Positions 22,955 through 36,379 are shown, numbered from the stretch's first letter. The stretch: DNA of 64,000 nucleotides from Lama glama (GCA_028534125.1 CM052818.1:1986001-2050000), one strand, 5' to 3'. Notes: generated by a model from the sequence alone, not told the origin. Translations and numbers: made by a program.

Positions 22955-25239
22955 TTCCTGGTGCAACCACCAAGTCCTGTAAGTGCCCGGAGCCACTGAA
23001 CGCCCCCACTGGCAGTGCCCGGATTCCCCCATTTGGACCATCCTCCTCCCCTCCACACTAAGCCCTGCTCCTCGTCTTCTGCCAGACCCTGAGGAACAGC
23101 ACCTTCTTCGGGAGATCCCCTGACGATCAGCCCTGCACACCGGGCAGCACAGAGCCATCCCTAGCTTTTCTCAACTCTGTCCTCCCAGCCGCTATTTCTT
23201 GGGTTGCATGGATTTTAGTGCCAGGTAGATGTGGATTTAGTGTTCTGGTGTCAACATGTAGTAGCTGGTGACGTGGAGCAAATGACTGACCCCCTATGAC
23301 CTTTGTGAGTAAAGGATGCCCCCTAATTAAGAGTCACTACTGTTGTGATTCATCTTCTGCCCCCTTGTCTCACTCAGCCCCTGGTGTCCCCACTCAGGTC
23401 CCAACCACTTGCCCCCTGGTTCCCAACTGCATATACCACGTGGCAGGTTCTGAAGACTTTTCCCTGCTAGTAACCACAGTGGGGAGGGAGCCACCTGCAT
23501 GCAGAGAAGGAGGTTATTGTGAACGTTACAGCCCATTGTGATGGTGACGAGAAAGGACCCAGTCCCCACTCTCTCTGTTCATTCCTGCTCCCATGTTTCA
23601 TCGCAGGCCTCGCTTGGAGGGGCCCAGCCTTCCTTGTGTCTGCTGACCACACCCCATGCTCTCCCAAAGCAGCCAGCTGGAGGAGCTTGGTTTCCTCCAA
23701 ACCCTTTTGGAGGGGAGCTCGTGGGAATTGATCTGTAAATGTGGGGGTTGAACCGCAAAGTTCTCGAAGGTCTTTCCCAGCTCTGGCATGCTTTGCACCT
23801 GGGACAACCATGTTTGCCTTCATGACTCCCAAGGGTCTGCTGGGGAGAACTCGCCTTTGTAGGAGGAGCTGACACGGAGCACTACCCATGTTGACCCAAG
23901 AAAACCTGCTGGGCCCGAAGGTGGGAACTAGAGCTCTGCTCTTGATGGGAGACCGGCTCTTTGTTTAAATCCAATGCAGTCAGCTCTGAGGCTGAGAAAA
24001 AATGGAAGAGACAGGCTGGGCAGAAAGGCCCACTTCCTCCTCTGGTCACTGGCTTCGGGAAGGGCACAGCCCCCAGGGTAAGGGATGACCCACGGAGGCC
24101 CTTTTGCCCCCAAAGGCACCTTCTGTGCCTGGGATTCCACCATCAGTGAAAACCTTTGGGCTCTGCCCTACAGGCTCATCTCAAACCCAGCCTTACCCCA
24201 GGAAGGATGGCGCACTTGGTGCCTCTTCCCAGGCCACGTGAGCTCCCCAGACCCTCGCCAGCAGCCTGAGAGCTCCCCAAGAGGCAGAAGGCGGTGGGGA
24301 AGGCCTCCGAGGGGGCCAGGCCGGGGAGCGGCCACTCCGACAGCCCTCTCCGCGGTGCGGAGCCTGCACGCAGGCCAGTGGATTAGAGGGGTATTTGGGG
24401 AGCCCACAACCAGCCCGCAGTGGCGGGAGCTCTGCTCAGACTTTGTAGCCCATCCAATGGTCTCTTTCAAAACAGGATTTTGATGAGTTAAGTGTAAATG
24501 AATCAGAAACACATGGGTTGGATTTCCCTCCAAATGCAATGGGGTTTGAATACAGCTCAGGGAGAAAAGGGCGGGGTGTCTGGGGAAGAAAGACGTGGCT
24601 TAATCAAACAGGTCTTTTCTTTTGGGGTGAACAGTTGCCACCACGGCCCCAGGGCTCCATGTCCTCCACCATCTCCCCTACTCCCCATCCCCAGGGCTGG
24701 AGGCCTGGGTCTTCGCTGCCTGTGCTCGGCAGAGGGCACAGCCAGCCCTGCCGGCGTCAGACTCAGGGGGAGCTGGATGCGCCCAGCCGCCCTCCGGCTG
24801 CTGTCCAGGATGCTTGGCAGAAGCAGCTGGAAGGCTTTTCTCTGGAGACAGTGCTTCGCTGCTCATCCTAGACTTCTGAGGTGGGTGACCCGGGCGGGAG
24901 GGCAGCGCCGGGGAACAGGCAGGGCCCTGGGCAGGGTGGCCCGCTGGGACTTCCAGGGACTACACCCCCTCTTAGAATGTGGTGTCTCACAAGGAGGCAA
25001 CTTTTCCAGCAAGACTGTGTCTTCATCTCCTTAAGTCACATGCATAACTTTAATTATAAACATCAGTTTGGGGGCGTGGGGTGGGGTGGGTACAGATTTT
25101 TAAAGCACAGAAAAGCAAAATAAAATAAAAGCTACCTGTAACCCTACCCAGAGGTGACTTTGTTAACATTTTGGTACAGTTGCTTCCAGACCCATGTTGA
25201 ATGCTTTAAAAAAAAAAAATACAGATTCAGAGTTGGGGA

Positions 25240-25452
25240 TGGAGACCGTAAGTGTACTGGTTAGAATTTTGGGTCTAGACTCCAACCTCCACCATTTGGA
25301 GCATGTGACATCAATTTTCCTAAATTTCAGGTCTCACATCTCAAGTTAACAACAATAATGACAACAATAAAAATATGACAGTTGCCACAATTGAATGGGA
25401 AAGCACTTCGAGTTTCATCGCATAGTAGCCACTCAATACCTGTTAGCTGTTA
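25240..25452 (+). mobile_element. MIR SINE fragment
   Basis: tttcaggtctcacatctc...catagtagccactcaatacctgttagctgtt. Confidence 0.55.
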
Positions 25453-26907
25453 GTGTTTCTATTTTGTATCCTGTCTTCTCCTCTCACATATGTGATATCG
25501 ACATCTCTGCACGCCATTAATATTCCCTAGAACATGACTGAATGGCTGTATTCTCGTCATACATTATTCATCCAACCTTTTCCTTTAAACATCTATTATA
25601 AATAACATTCTGGTGAACATCCTTCTGCCTTCTACGAAGGTACAGGCTTGAGTCTGAGTTGTTCTCACACAAGTATATTTTTGCATAAATTAACTTGCAT
25701 GGAGTGAATTAACTTGGAGAATATTTACACTTCTGAACTTAGAAGAGATACGGGAGATTTCCAGCCCTATGGTCTTGCCTTTTCTTGAGTGTCAAATAAA
25801 TGGGGTCAATACTGCATTTCTTTCTATTGCTGTGCAGTATTCCATAATCTGGATATAACATTATTTGCTTAGCCATTTACTAGTTGATAAACTTTCAGAT
25901 TGTTTCCAACTTGCGCTCATTGTAAGCAAAGCTCCTCAAAATTTACACAACAGCCATTGGCTGAACATACGTTTGAACTCTTTGAACATAAAAATTCTTC
26001 TCGGGTAAATTCCTAGGAATAGAATTTCTGAGTCATGTGTAAGAGTAAGTGTATCTTTAACTTCATAAGAATCTGCCAGACTGGAGAGACTACAATTTTG
26101 CATTTCCACCAGCAATGCTGGAATGTTCTAATTAATCATATTCTTCTGCAGCATTTGGTATTACCAGTTTGTTTAAATTTTAGCCATTCTAATAGAGGTG
26201 TGGTGGTATCACATTGTGGCTGTAGTTTGCATTTCCCTAACCATTAATGCCGTCCAGCCTCTTTTCATGTGCTTGTTTGCTATCCATATAGGTTCTGTGG
26301 TTAAATGTTGAAATCATTTGTACATTTTAACATAGGGTTAGTTGCTTTTCTATTATTAAGTTGTAAGGATTCCTTATATATTCTAAATATGAATTCTTTA
26401 TCATATATGTGTTTTGCAAACATTTTCTCCCACCCTGTGTCCTTTGTCTTCATTTTCTTAACTATGCTTTTTGAAGAGCAGAATTTTTTAATTTGATGAA
26501 GTCTGATTTATTGATTTTTTTCTGTTATAAACTGTGCTTATTAGGGCATAGCTAAACAATCTTGCTCAACCCAAAGTCATAAAGATTTCCTCCAAGTATT
26601 TTTCTAGAAGTTTTATAGTTTTAGAGTTTACATTTAGCTCTATGATACACTTTGAGTTAATGTTTATATGGAGTGAGCTATGGATGGAAGTTAATTTTTT
26701 TGCATGTGGATGTCTAATTGTTTCAGCACCTTTTGTTGAGAAGGCTATCCTTTTTCTAATGAACTGTTTTTAATCCTTTGTCAAAAATCAGTTAACCATC
26801 TTTGTGAGGGTGTATTTCTGGGCTCTTCTGTTACCTTAGTGTCTATCTTTTCATCAATACTATCTTGATTATTGTAGCTTTATGCTAAGTCTTGAAGTCA
26901 GATAGTA

Positions 26908-27052
26908 GGGAGGGGGAGGTATAGCTCAGAGGTAGAGTGCATGCCCAGCATGCATGAGGTCCTGGGTTCAATCCCCAGCACCTCCATTAAACAAATAAAT
27001 AAACCTAATTAACTTCTCCTGCCAAAAAGGTTAAAAAAGAAGAAGAAAGAAA
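26908..27052 (+). mobile_element. Vic-1-like SINE, full length
   Basis: A-box tagctcagaggtag, B-box ggttcaatccc, A-rich tail. TSD gaagtcagatagta (26894-26907) / gaaatcagatagta (27053-27066). Confidence 0.92.
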
Positions 27053-27087
27053 GAAATCAGATAGTATGAATCTTTCATTTTTCTTTT

Positions 27088-27237
27088 TAAACATTTTTTA
27101 AAATTTAACTTTATTTACTTTTATTCTTGGAGAGGGGGGAATAATTAGGTTTATTTTTAGAGGAGGTACTGGGGATTGAACCCAGGACCTTGTGCATGCT
27201 AAGCATACACTCTACCACTTAAGCTATACCCTCCCCC
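27088..27237 (-). mobile_element. Vic-1-like SINE, full length, antisense
   Basis: gaggtactggggattgaacccaggaccttgtgcatgctaagcatacactctaccacttaagctataccctcccc. Imperfect TSD tcatttttctttt / tcaactttctttt. Confidence 0.92.
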
Positions 27238-27294
27238 TCAACTTTCTTTTACAAAATTACTTTGGCTATTCTGGTTCCTTTGCTTTTCCACATA

Positions 27295-29703
27295 CAGGCA
27301 TAACTCAGAGATACTGCATTTCCAGACCACTGCAAAATAAAGCAAATATTGTAATAAAATGAGTCACATGAATTTTTTGGTTTCTTAGTGCATATAAAAG
27401 TTATGGTTACACTATACTGTAGTCTATTAAGTATACCATAGAATTATGTCTAAAAGAAAGCAATGTATATACCTTAATTTTAAAATACTTTATTGCTAAA
27501 AAAAAGTTAGTTGTCATTGAGACTTCAGCAGGTCATTATCTTTTTGATGGTGGAGGGTCTTGCCTCCATGGTGGTGTCTGCTGAAGGGTAGGGTGGCTGT
27601 GGCAAGTTCTTAAAATAAAACAACAATCAGGTTTGCCGCATGGATTGACCCTTCCTTTCAAGAAGGATTTCTCTGTAGCATGCAGCGCTATTTGATAACG
27701 TCTTACCCACAGTAGAAAGTCTTTCAAAATTGAAGTCAGTTCTCTCAAAGCCTACACTGCGTTATCAGCTAACTCTACATAATACTCTAAATCCTTTATT
27801 GCCATGTTAACAATCTTCACAGTGTCTTCACTAGAGCAGATTCTTAAGAAACCACTTTCTTTGCTCATCTATAAGAAGCAAATCCACTTTCTTTGCTCAT
27901 CCATAACAAGTAACTCCTCGTCCATTAAAGGTTTATCATGAGGTTACAACAATTCAATCACATCTTCAGGCTCCACCTCTCATTCTAGTTCTCTTGCTGT
28001 TTCTACCACATCTGCAGTTACTTCCTCCACTGAAGTCTTGAACCCCCTGGAGTTATCCATGAGGGTTGGAATCAACTTCTTCCAAACTCCTGTTAATGTT
28101 TGTATTTTTACCTCTTTCCATGAATCACAGATGTTCTTAATGACATCTAGAATGAGGAATCCTTTCCAGAAGTCTTTCAATTTATGTTGCCCAGATCCAT
28201 CCAAGGAATCACCATCTATGGCAGCTATAGCCTTATGTAATGTATTTTTTAAATAATTAAACTTGAAAGTCAAAACTGCCTCTTGATGTGTGGACTGCAA
28301 AATGAATGTTGTGTTAGCAGGCACAAAACCATGAATCTCGTTGCCCATCTCAGTCAGATCTCTTGGGTGGCCAGGTACATTATCAATGAGCAGCAATATT
28401 TTGAAAGGGATCTTGTTTCTGACCGGTAGGTCTCAACAGTGGGCTTATAATATCCAGTAAACCATGTTGTAAACAGATGTGCTGTCATCCTCGTTTTATT
28501 GTTTCATTTATAGAGTAATTTCAGAGTAGATTTAGCAAAATTCTTAAGTGCCTCAGGATTTTCCAAATGGTAAATAAGCACTGGCTTCAATTTTAAGTCA
28601 CCAGCTGCATTAACCCCTAACAAGAGAGTCGGCTTGTCCTTGGAAGCTTTGAAACCAGGCATTGACTTCTCCTCTGTAGCTACGAAGATCCCACATGGCA
28701 TTTTCCTCCAATACAAAAAGATGTTTCATCTACATTGAAAACCTGTTGTTTAGGGTGGCCACCTTCATTAATTATCTTAGCTGGCTCTTCTGGAGAACTT
28801 GCTGCTGCTGTCTCCATCAGTATTTGCTGCTTCCACTTACACTTTTGTGTTATGGAGACAGCTCCTTTCCTTAAACCTCATGCACCAACCACTCCTCGCT
28901 TCAAATTTTCCTTCTGCAGCTTCCTCACCTCTCTCAGTCTTCATAGAATAAATAGAGTTAGGGCCTTGCACTGGATTATGCTTTGGCTTAAGGGAATGTT
29001 GTGGCTGGTTTGATCTCTCCAGACCACTCAAACTCTCTCCATATCATCAGCAATAAAGCTGATTATTATTAGTTGTGTACTCACTGGAGTAGCACTTCTA
29101 GTTTTCTTCAAAAACTTTTCTTTTGCATTCACATCTTGGCTAACTCTTTAGTGCAAGAGGCCTGGCGTTCAGCCTATCTTGGCTTTTCACATGCCTTCCT
29201 CACTAAGCTTAATCATTTCTAACTTTCAATTTAAGGTGAGAGACACGATTTTTGCTTTCACTTGAACACTTAGAGGCCATTGTAGAGTTATCAATTGACC
29301 TAATCTCCGTATTGTTGTGTCCCAGGGAATAAGGGAGGCTGAAAGAGAGGAAGAGAGATGGAGGAATAGATGAATGGTGGAGCAGTAAGAACACACACAA
29401 CATTCATCAATTAAGTTCACTGTCTCACATGGTCATGGTTCATGGTGCCCCAAAACATTTATAATAGTGACATCAGAAATCACTGATCACAGATCACCAT
29501 GATGAATATAATCAGAATGGAAATGTTTGAAATATTAAGAGAATTATCAAAATGCAACAGAGACATAAAACGATCAAGTACTGTTGGAAAAATGGCACTG
29601 ATAGACTTGCTCAATGTGGGGTTGCCACAAACCGTCCATTTGTAAAAAATGCAATATCCACAAAGCACAATAAAGCAAAACACAATTAAACAAGGTATGC
29701 CTG
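27295..29703 (-). mobile_element. Full-length Tigger1 (TcMar-Tigger/pogo) DNA transposon, about 2.4 kb
   Basis: TIRs CAGGCATAACTC... and ...CAAGGTATGCCTG, TA duplications at 27293-27294 and 29704-29705, length 2409 bp, and internal transposase ORF fragments. Confidence 0.95.
27700..29230 (-). pseudogene. Disrupted Tigger1 transposase (CENP-B-type HTH plus DDE domain)
   Basis: Separate frames 28837..29031 ([16 protein letters not shown]), 28504..28716 (YWRKMP...MPGFKASKDKPTLLLGVNAAGDLKLKP) and 27980..28396 (LLIDNVPGHP...FVPANTTFILQS), broken by frameshifts and stops. Confidence 0.9.
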
Positions 29704-29789
29704 TAAATTTTAGGGTTAGCTTGCCAATTTCTACCAAAAACGTACTGGGATTTCTATTGGGATTTCATTGAAACTATAAATAAATACAA

Positions 29790-32700
29790 GGAACATTTTT
29801 GGTTTTCAGCAATTTGACTAAAATATATTTAGATATTATTTTAATTCTTTCTAATTTTTTTCCTCCAAGTTGCTTGGCTCTGTGATTTGTTGTCCTTCAA
29901 TAATTCTGGAAAAATCCTTAGCCACTATCTCTTCAAATATTTCTTCTTCCAAGTTCTTTCTTTCTTCTTCTAGGACTCCAATTTGATATTGTCCTAAGGA
30001 TTCTGGGTCTTTCTTAATTTTTAACCTTTTTTTTCTCTTTGTGCTTCAGTTTTGAAAACATCTATTAACCTACTTTTAAGTTCAGTGATTCTTTTCCCTT
30101 TTGCATCTAGTCTACTGATAAACTTTTCAAAGGAATTATTCTCTATCTGATATCATGTCCTCCTCAACCCCAATTTTTCTGTTTGACTTTTTTTAAAATA
30201 GTTTTTTCTTCTACGTTGAAAATTCCCATCTGTTTAAGCATGTTGTCTATTTTATCCACTATATCCTTTAATGAATGAATCAATTATTTTAAGGTTCCTA
30301 TTTGATTATTCCATTTTAAGTTTCCTATTTGGTCATCTCTTGGTCTGGTCCTACTGACTGCTTTATCTCTCTTGACAATTTTAATAGCTTTTTTAGTGTA
30401 TCTTGTAATTTTTGTTGAATGTTGGACATAGTGCATAGAAAAAATAGCAGAGACTGAGATAAATAGTACTTTTGCCCTGAGATGGTCATGACTCTTTTTC
30501 TGAGACCGTTAGTGTGCGTGTGTGTGTGTGTATCGGGGAAAGTTGTTGAGTTAATCTAATCAATATTTGAACGGGGTTTGAATATAGCTATTGCTATAGT
30601 AATCGTCACAATATCACATCTTGGAAATTCCTCTAGCATTGGGCCACTGCTACCTGTGCAACCACCCTTTCTTCTACCCTCTGCCAAAAGGAAAGAGTTT
30701 GTGTGTTCCATTCTTCTCAAAGGGGCTGTTCACTCTTTGAAATCTAGTTCATCTCATAGTCTGTGACATCAGCTCACTGATAGGTTCAGGAAAACTCTAA
30801 ATTTTGTAGATTATCTGGCTTTTCTTAAGTCATTCTTACGGGAGAAAGCAGTGTTCCCTTGTGATTTTCTGCATCTTAAGAGAAAACAAATTTTTCTTGC
30901 CTTTTCATGCCTATCAAAATGATTATAGGGTTTTCTCCTTGCAGCTAAGGATGCAGTACATTATATGAATATATTCCCTATTAAACCATATTTACATTAT
31001 TTTAATAATGCCCATTGCCTCCTGTTGTATTATTCTCTTCTGTAGTGCTGGATTTGACTTTCTAGTGCTGTTAAGTAGTGTAGTTTTATTACCTTCTTTC
31101 TTATGTTTTTGTATCATGATTATCTACATTTATAAAATCCACTGTAATCTTTTATATCTTTTTCTATTCTCTCTTAGAGTTTATGTAACATGTAAATCCT
31201 CAATTCCATGAACATTTGAGTGACAAAACAAGTCACTGCTCCATTTTTGGAGGTAGTTCTGTATCAATCTTCTCAATTTGTTCCTGAATTATTTGTCTTT
31301 TAAGGCTTTATATTTGTTTAATTCCTTGGGGCAATTTGTATTTCCCAAGAAAATTTATCTTATTGAGTGCTTTAAAGTGTAGACTTGACTGAATTTGTAA
31401 TCCTTGTCTTAGCATGAGAAGGAGAGACAGCCTAGATAGAGACGCTAGCAGGACCAATATTCAAGAGCACAGGAGGAAGAATTCTTAGAAAGGAGCAAGA
31501 GAGGGAACATTCTGAGAAACAGGGAGAAGCAGGAGGCTGTGAGAGCCTGGAACCAAAGGAAGAGAAATTTCTCAAGTCTGAAAGCAATCAAGTGAGGCTC
31601 ATATTTCTTTGACATGTTAGATAGCAGAGGAAACTAGAAGAAATATATTCAGAATTTTGAAAGGAAAAGTTGAGATTCAAAAATTCTATATGCAAGGTAA
31701 GGTGCCATTTGTATATTAAGGCAATAAAAACAAATTCTTAGTTATATACATATTCAGGAAAAATACCACACATCTGTTTTTTGCAAAAAATTACTTAGTT
31801 AAAATGTAAAACAGCTAACAAAGAGATAAAACAAAAAGGTCACAAATGACGAAATCACGATATAAAAGAAACCGTGGTGATTACTGAAGTAATATAAACA
31901 TAGAATAGTTTAAAACTATTGTCATTATTGTTTTGAAGCAGACTGTTTTCTTAGCTGTATTTTAAAAAGATAAAGATGTAAAACCAATAATGACCATGAT
32001 AAAAATGAGATAAAAATATCAAATCATTTTGATGAAAATTGAGGGGAGGAATTTAGAGGAAGTCTGAAGTAAAGATGTATCAGTTCTTTATCTTTCATGG
32101 GGATATCTTAGTAGATAATCTTTTTAAAGATACATTTTATTGGGGTATAATCTACCATGATAAAACACACACATTTTAAGGATAAGGACCAATGGGTTTT
32201 GTCAAAAATATACAACAATGTAACCACCACCACAGATGAGATAAAGAACATTTGAGTGGCCCTAGAAGGTTCGTATGTGGCCCTTCCTGGTGAATCACTA
32301 CCTTCCACCCCACTCCAGCCTCAGGAAACCATGAATTTGGTTTCTCTCTCTCTAGATTAGTTTTCCTAGGGTTTAACATAAACGCAATCATGTACTGTGT
32401 ACTCTTTTGCATCTGGCTTCTTTTCTTCTGTGTAGTTAGTAAGCCTTGACATCAAGTATTGTAACTCCTTCAACTTTATTCTTTTTTTTTATTCCGAAGT
32501 CATCCTAGTTACTTTGCCTTTTCATGTAAATTTCAGACCCTGCTTATCAACTTCTATTAAAAAGCCTACTGGAATTCTGATTGATTTTCCTGTTGAATAT
32601 ATAGATTGACTCAGGCAGAGTATGCATCTTAATGATCTTGAATCATCCAATATACAAATATGACCTCTTTTTCCCCATTTACTTAAATTGTCTTTAACTT

Positions 32701-33120
32701 TTCTCAGTAGTGTTTTATTTTACTTTTATCCCTAAGTGAGTCCTATTTTTGATGGTAATATAAAAGGTATTTTTAAAAGTTTAATTTCAAGTTCATTATT
32801 GCTCGTATATAAAAATACAATGTGTATTTGTTTACTGACTTTTTATTCTGTAACATTTCTAAATTTATTTATTCATTTCAGTGGGATTTTTTGTAGATTG
32901 ATTTTTTATTTTATGGACCTAACTATATCATCTGTAAATAGAATTTTACTAATACTTATCAAAACTATAACCTTTTTGTTTCTTTTTCTTGCCTTATTGT
33001 ACTTGCTAGGATTTCCAGCAAAATGAGTAGAAGAGGTAAAAGTGAGTATCTGCACTTTCCCATGTTAGGGAGCAATTATTGTCATCATTAAGTATTATGT
33101 AAAGTATAGGGGGTTTTCTC
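29790..33120. mobile_element. Mosaic of very old L1/HAL1-like fragments with an L2 piece near 31400-31590
   Basis: AT-rich L1-like antisense phrases; L1 3'UTR-like segment at about 32120-32430. Subfamilies not resolvable by eye. Confidence 0.6.
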
Positions 33121-33134
33121 CTTTTAACTTTTTA

Positions 33135-34745
33135 AATGAAGGCTTTATTTTTTACAGCAGTTTCACACTCACAGCAAAATTAAGATAAATCAAAAGAGAT
33201 GCCCCATATATCGCCTACCCCCCAACTTGTGCAGTCTGTGCTATTATCAACATCTCCTATCAGAATGCTACATCTGTTACAACTGATGAACCTACATTGA
33301 TACATCATAATCACCTAAAGTCCATAGTTTTCATTAGGATTCAGTCTTGGTGGTTTTCGTTCTATAAATTCATACAAATGTATAGTAACATATATTCATA
33401 ATTATGAATTATTTTCACTGCCCTAAAAATTATCTGTGCTCTGCTTATTCACCTCCTCCCCACCACCCCCACTCCCCCCTCCACCCATGGCAACCACTGA
33501 CTCTTTCTTACTGTCTCCAACTATACGACATTCTGAAAAAGGGAAAACTATGAAGACAATAAAAAGAATCCATTGTTGGATTTTATTTGCTAAGATCTTG
33601 TTGAGAATTTTTGAATCTATGCTCATGAGAGATACTGGCCTGTAGTTTTCTTCTTTTGTAATGTCTTTGTCTGATTTTGGTCTTGGCGTCACAGAATGAG
33701 TTATGAATTTTTTTTCTTCTGTTTCTAGCCTCTGAAAGAGATTATAGAGAATTGGTATAACTTCCTCCTTAAGACATTTGGTAGAATTCACTAATAAATC
33801 CATTTGGACATAGTGCTTTCTATTTTGAAAGGTTATTAATTATTGATTCAATCTTTTTAGCTTATATAGAACTATTTAGATTGGCTGTTTTTTCTTGTGT
33901 GAGTTTTGGTAAATTATGTCTGTCAAGGAATTGGTCCATTTTGTTTATGTTATCAACCTTGTGGACATAGAGTTGTTCATGGTAACCCTTTATTGTATTT
34001 TTAATGTCTGTAGGATCTGTATTGATGTCCTTTTTCTCATTTCTGATATTAGTAATTGTGTCCTCTTTTTCCCTTTATTAGCCTGGCCAGAGACTTACTG
34101 ATTTTATTGATCTTTTGAAAGAACCAGCTTTTGATTTTCTTGCTTTTCTCTAGTGCTGTCCTGTTTTAATTTCATTGACTTCTGTTCTAAATCTTAATCT
34201 TTTTTCTTTTGCTTATTTTTGATTTTCTTTGTTCTTCTTTTTCTAGTTTGCTAAGGTGGAAACTTAGATTATGGATTTTAGATATTTCTTCTTTCCTAAT
34301 ACATGTATTTAATGATAGTAAGTATTCCTCTAAGTACTGCTTTCACTGCATCCCACAAATGTCAATAATTTGTGTTTTTATTTTCACTTCATTCAAAAAA
34401 TTTTTAAATTTCACTTATGATTTCTTCTTTGATCCATGTATTAGTTAGAAGTGTTTAACCTTCATGTATTTTGGGGTTTTCTAGTTATCTCTCTGTTATT
34501 AATTTCTAATTTAATTTCGTTGTGGTCTGAAAGCAGACATTGGATAATTTCTGTTCTTTGCAATATGTTAAGGCATTTCTAATGGCCAACAATGTGGTGT
34601 ATTTTGGTGAATGTTCCTTATGCTCTTAAAAAGGATGTTTATTATGCACTGGTGTATGTATGTTCTTACTAAAGTTTCAATTAGCTCATGTTGCTTGACA
34701 GGGTTATTCAACATTTCTGTATACTTCCTGACTTTCTGTCTACTC
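33135..34745 (-). mobile_element. L1 (L1MC-like 3'UTR joined to ORF2 endonuclease-RT linker region)
   Basis: 3'UTR gttacaactgatgaacctacattgatacatcataatcacc; ORF 33423..33803 contains KEEVIPILYNLFQ...KDITKEENYRPVSLMSIDSKILNKILANKIQQ (L1 ORF2). Confidence 0.9.
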
Positions 34746-35210
34746 TTTTATTGAAGTATACAATGTGATGATTTGATATACATATGCACTGTGAAATAAG
34801 TACCAAGATAATGAACACATCCATCACTTAACATAGTTAACTTTGTGTGTGTGAGATGAAGCAACTTTCAAGCATACAATACCATATTATTAGCTATAGT
34901 CACCATGATGTACATTAGAGCCTCACAACTCATTCCTCTTATAAGTAAAAATTTGTACCCCTTAATTTACTCTCCTTATTCCCCCCCCCACCTCAGACCC
35001 TGGAAACAACCATTCTATTCTGTTTTTTATAAAATTGACCTTTTTTTTTTTTTAAGATTCCACATGTGAGTGATGCCATACAGTATTTGTTTTCTGTGAC
35101 TTATTTCACTTGACATAATTAATCCTCCACATTAATCCATGTTGTCACAAATGGCAGGATTTCCTTCTTTTTTATGGCTGAATTAGACAGGTGATAGGTA
35201 GTTAGGTAGG

Positions 35211-35251
<41 letters not shown>

Positions 35252-35782
35252 TTGAAGGACATTTAGGTTGTTTCCATATCATGGCTATTGTGAACAATGC
35301 TGCAGTGAACATGGGTGTACAGATAGCTCTTTTAGATACTGAATTCAATTCCTTTGAATATATACCCAAGAGTGGAATTACTGGATCATATGGTAGTTCA
35401 TTTTTTTTTTTTGGAACTGCCATACTGTTTTCCATAATGACTGTACCAATTTACATTCCTACCAACAATGTATAAATGTTCTCTTTTCCCCGCATTCTTC
35501 CAAACATTTATTATTTCGTCTCTTTTAGAAAATAGCCATTTTAACAGGTGTAACGTGATATCTCATTGTGATTTTGATTTGAATTTCCCTCATGATTAGT
35601 AATGTTGAGCACCTTTTCACACACTTATTGGCCATTTGTATGTCTTCTTTGGAAAAAATGTCTATTTAGCTTATTTTCCCATTTTTAATTTGAATTATTT
35701 GCTTTTTTGCTATTGTGTTGTATGAGTTCTTTATATATTTTAGATATTAAACACTTACTAGATATATGGTTTGTGAATATAA
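34746..35782 (-). mobile_element. Nested younger L1 3' end (L1MA-like)
   Basis: ORF 35202..35435 [17 protein letters not shown]...[23 protein letters not shown]. Confidence 0.9.
35185..35251. repeat. (GGTA)n(GATA)n tetranucleotide microsatellite
   Basis: taggtaggtagatagatagatagatagatagatagatagatagataga. Confidence 0.95.
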
Positions 35783-35801
35783 ATTGGGAGAAATATGGAT
35801 T

Positions 35802-35973
35802 AAAGGTCAGCAAATTACATCCTGTGGACCAATATGGCTATGTCATTTATTTACATATTGTCTGTCACTGCTTTTGTGCCATGGTATCAGCACTGAGTAG
35901 CTGTGACAAAGACTGCATGATCCACAAAAGCCTAAAATATTTACTATCTCTCCCTTTACAGAAAAAGTGTACC
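35802..35973. mobile_element. MER58A-like hAT DNA transposon, opposite orientation to the copy at 17465
   Basis: ggtcagcaaattac...catttatttacatattgtct...gagtagctgtgacaaagac...aagcctaaaatatttactatct...ccctttacagaaaaagt. Confidence 0.8.
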
Positions 35974-36379
35974 AAAATCTGGTTTGGACCATTTACATTA
36001 AATATGACTATCAATACCATTGTATATAAGTCCATCATCATACCATTTGTTTTCTTTTTGTCCCATTTATATTTTTTCTTTTTCCTTCTTTTGAATTAAA
36101 TATTATTTTATAATTCTGTTTTGCCTCCACCATTGTTCATGTGCTATACTTTTGTTTTATTTTTAGAGATTGCTGTCTATGTCTCTTAACTAATCACAGT
36201 CTATCTTCAGATAGCATTATACTGTTTTATTTATTACATAAAACCTTACAACATACATCCATTCTCCCCATTCATTGTGCTGTTGTCAGCATACATTTTA
36301 CCTCCTAATAAGTTAAAAAATTCACATTGCATTCTTATTGTTTTCTTAAATAATCAGTTATATTTTAAAGAAATTTATG

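Larger units (their letters stand above)
25780..29790 (-). mobile_element. Old L1 (L1M-type ORF2 3' region) interrupted by two SINEs and Tigger1
   Basis: Antisense L1 phrases (catttccaccagcaatg, tttgcatttccctaa, ttgcatgtggatgtctaattgtttcagcacc). L1 sequence resumes in register after Tigger1 (gcttttccacata|aattttagggttagcttgccaatttct). Confidence 0.85.

Noticed and set aside
26908..26990. tRNA-like sequences (also near 9380, 27160, 43265 and 54065)
   Set aside because: They have A-rich tails and mostly TSDs, so they are tRNA-derived SINEs, not tRNA genes.
27700..29230. Possible domesticated TIGD1-like gene
   Set aside because: Frameshifts and stops, with TIRs and TA duplication retained, indicate a fossil transposon.
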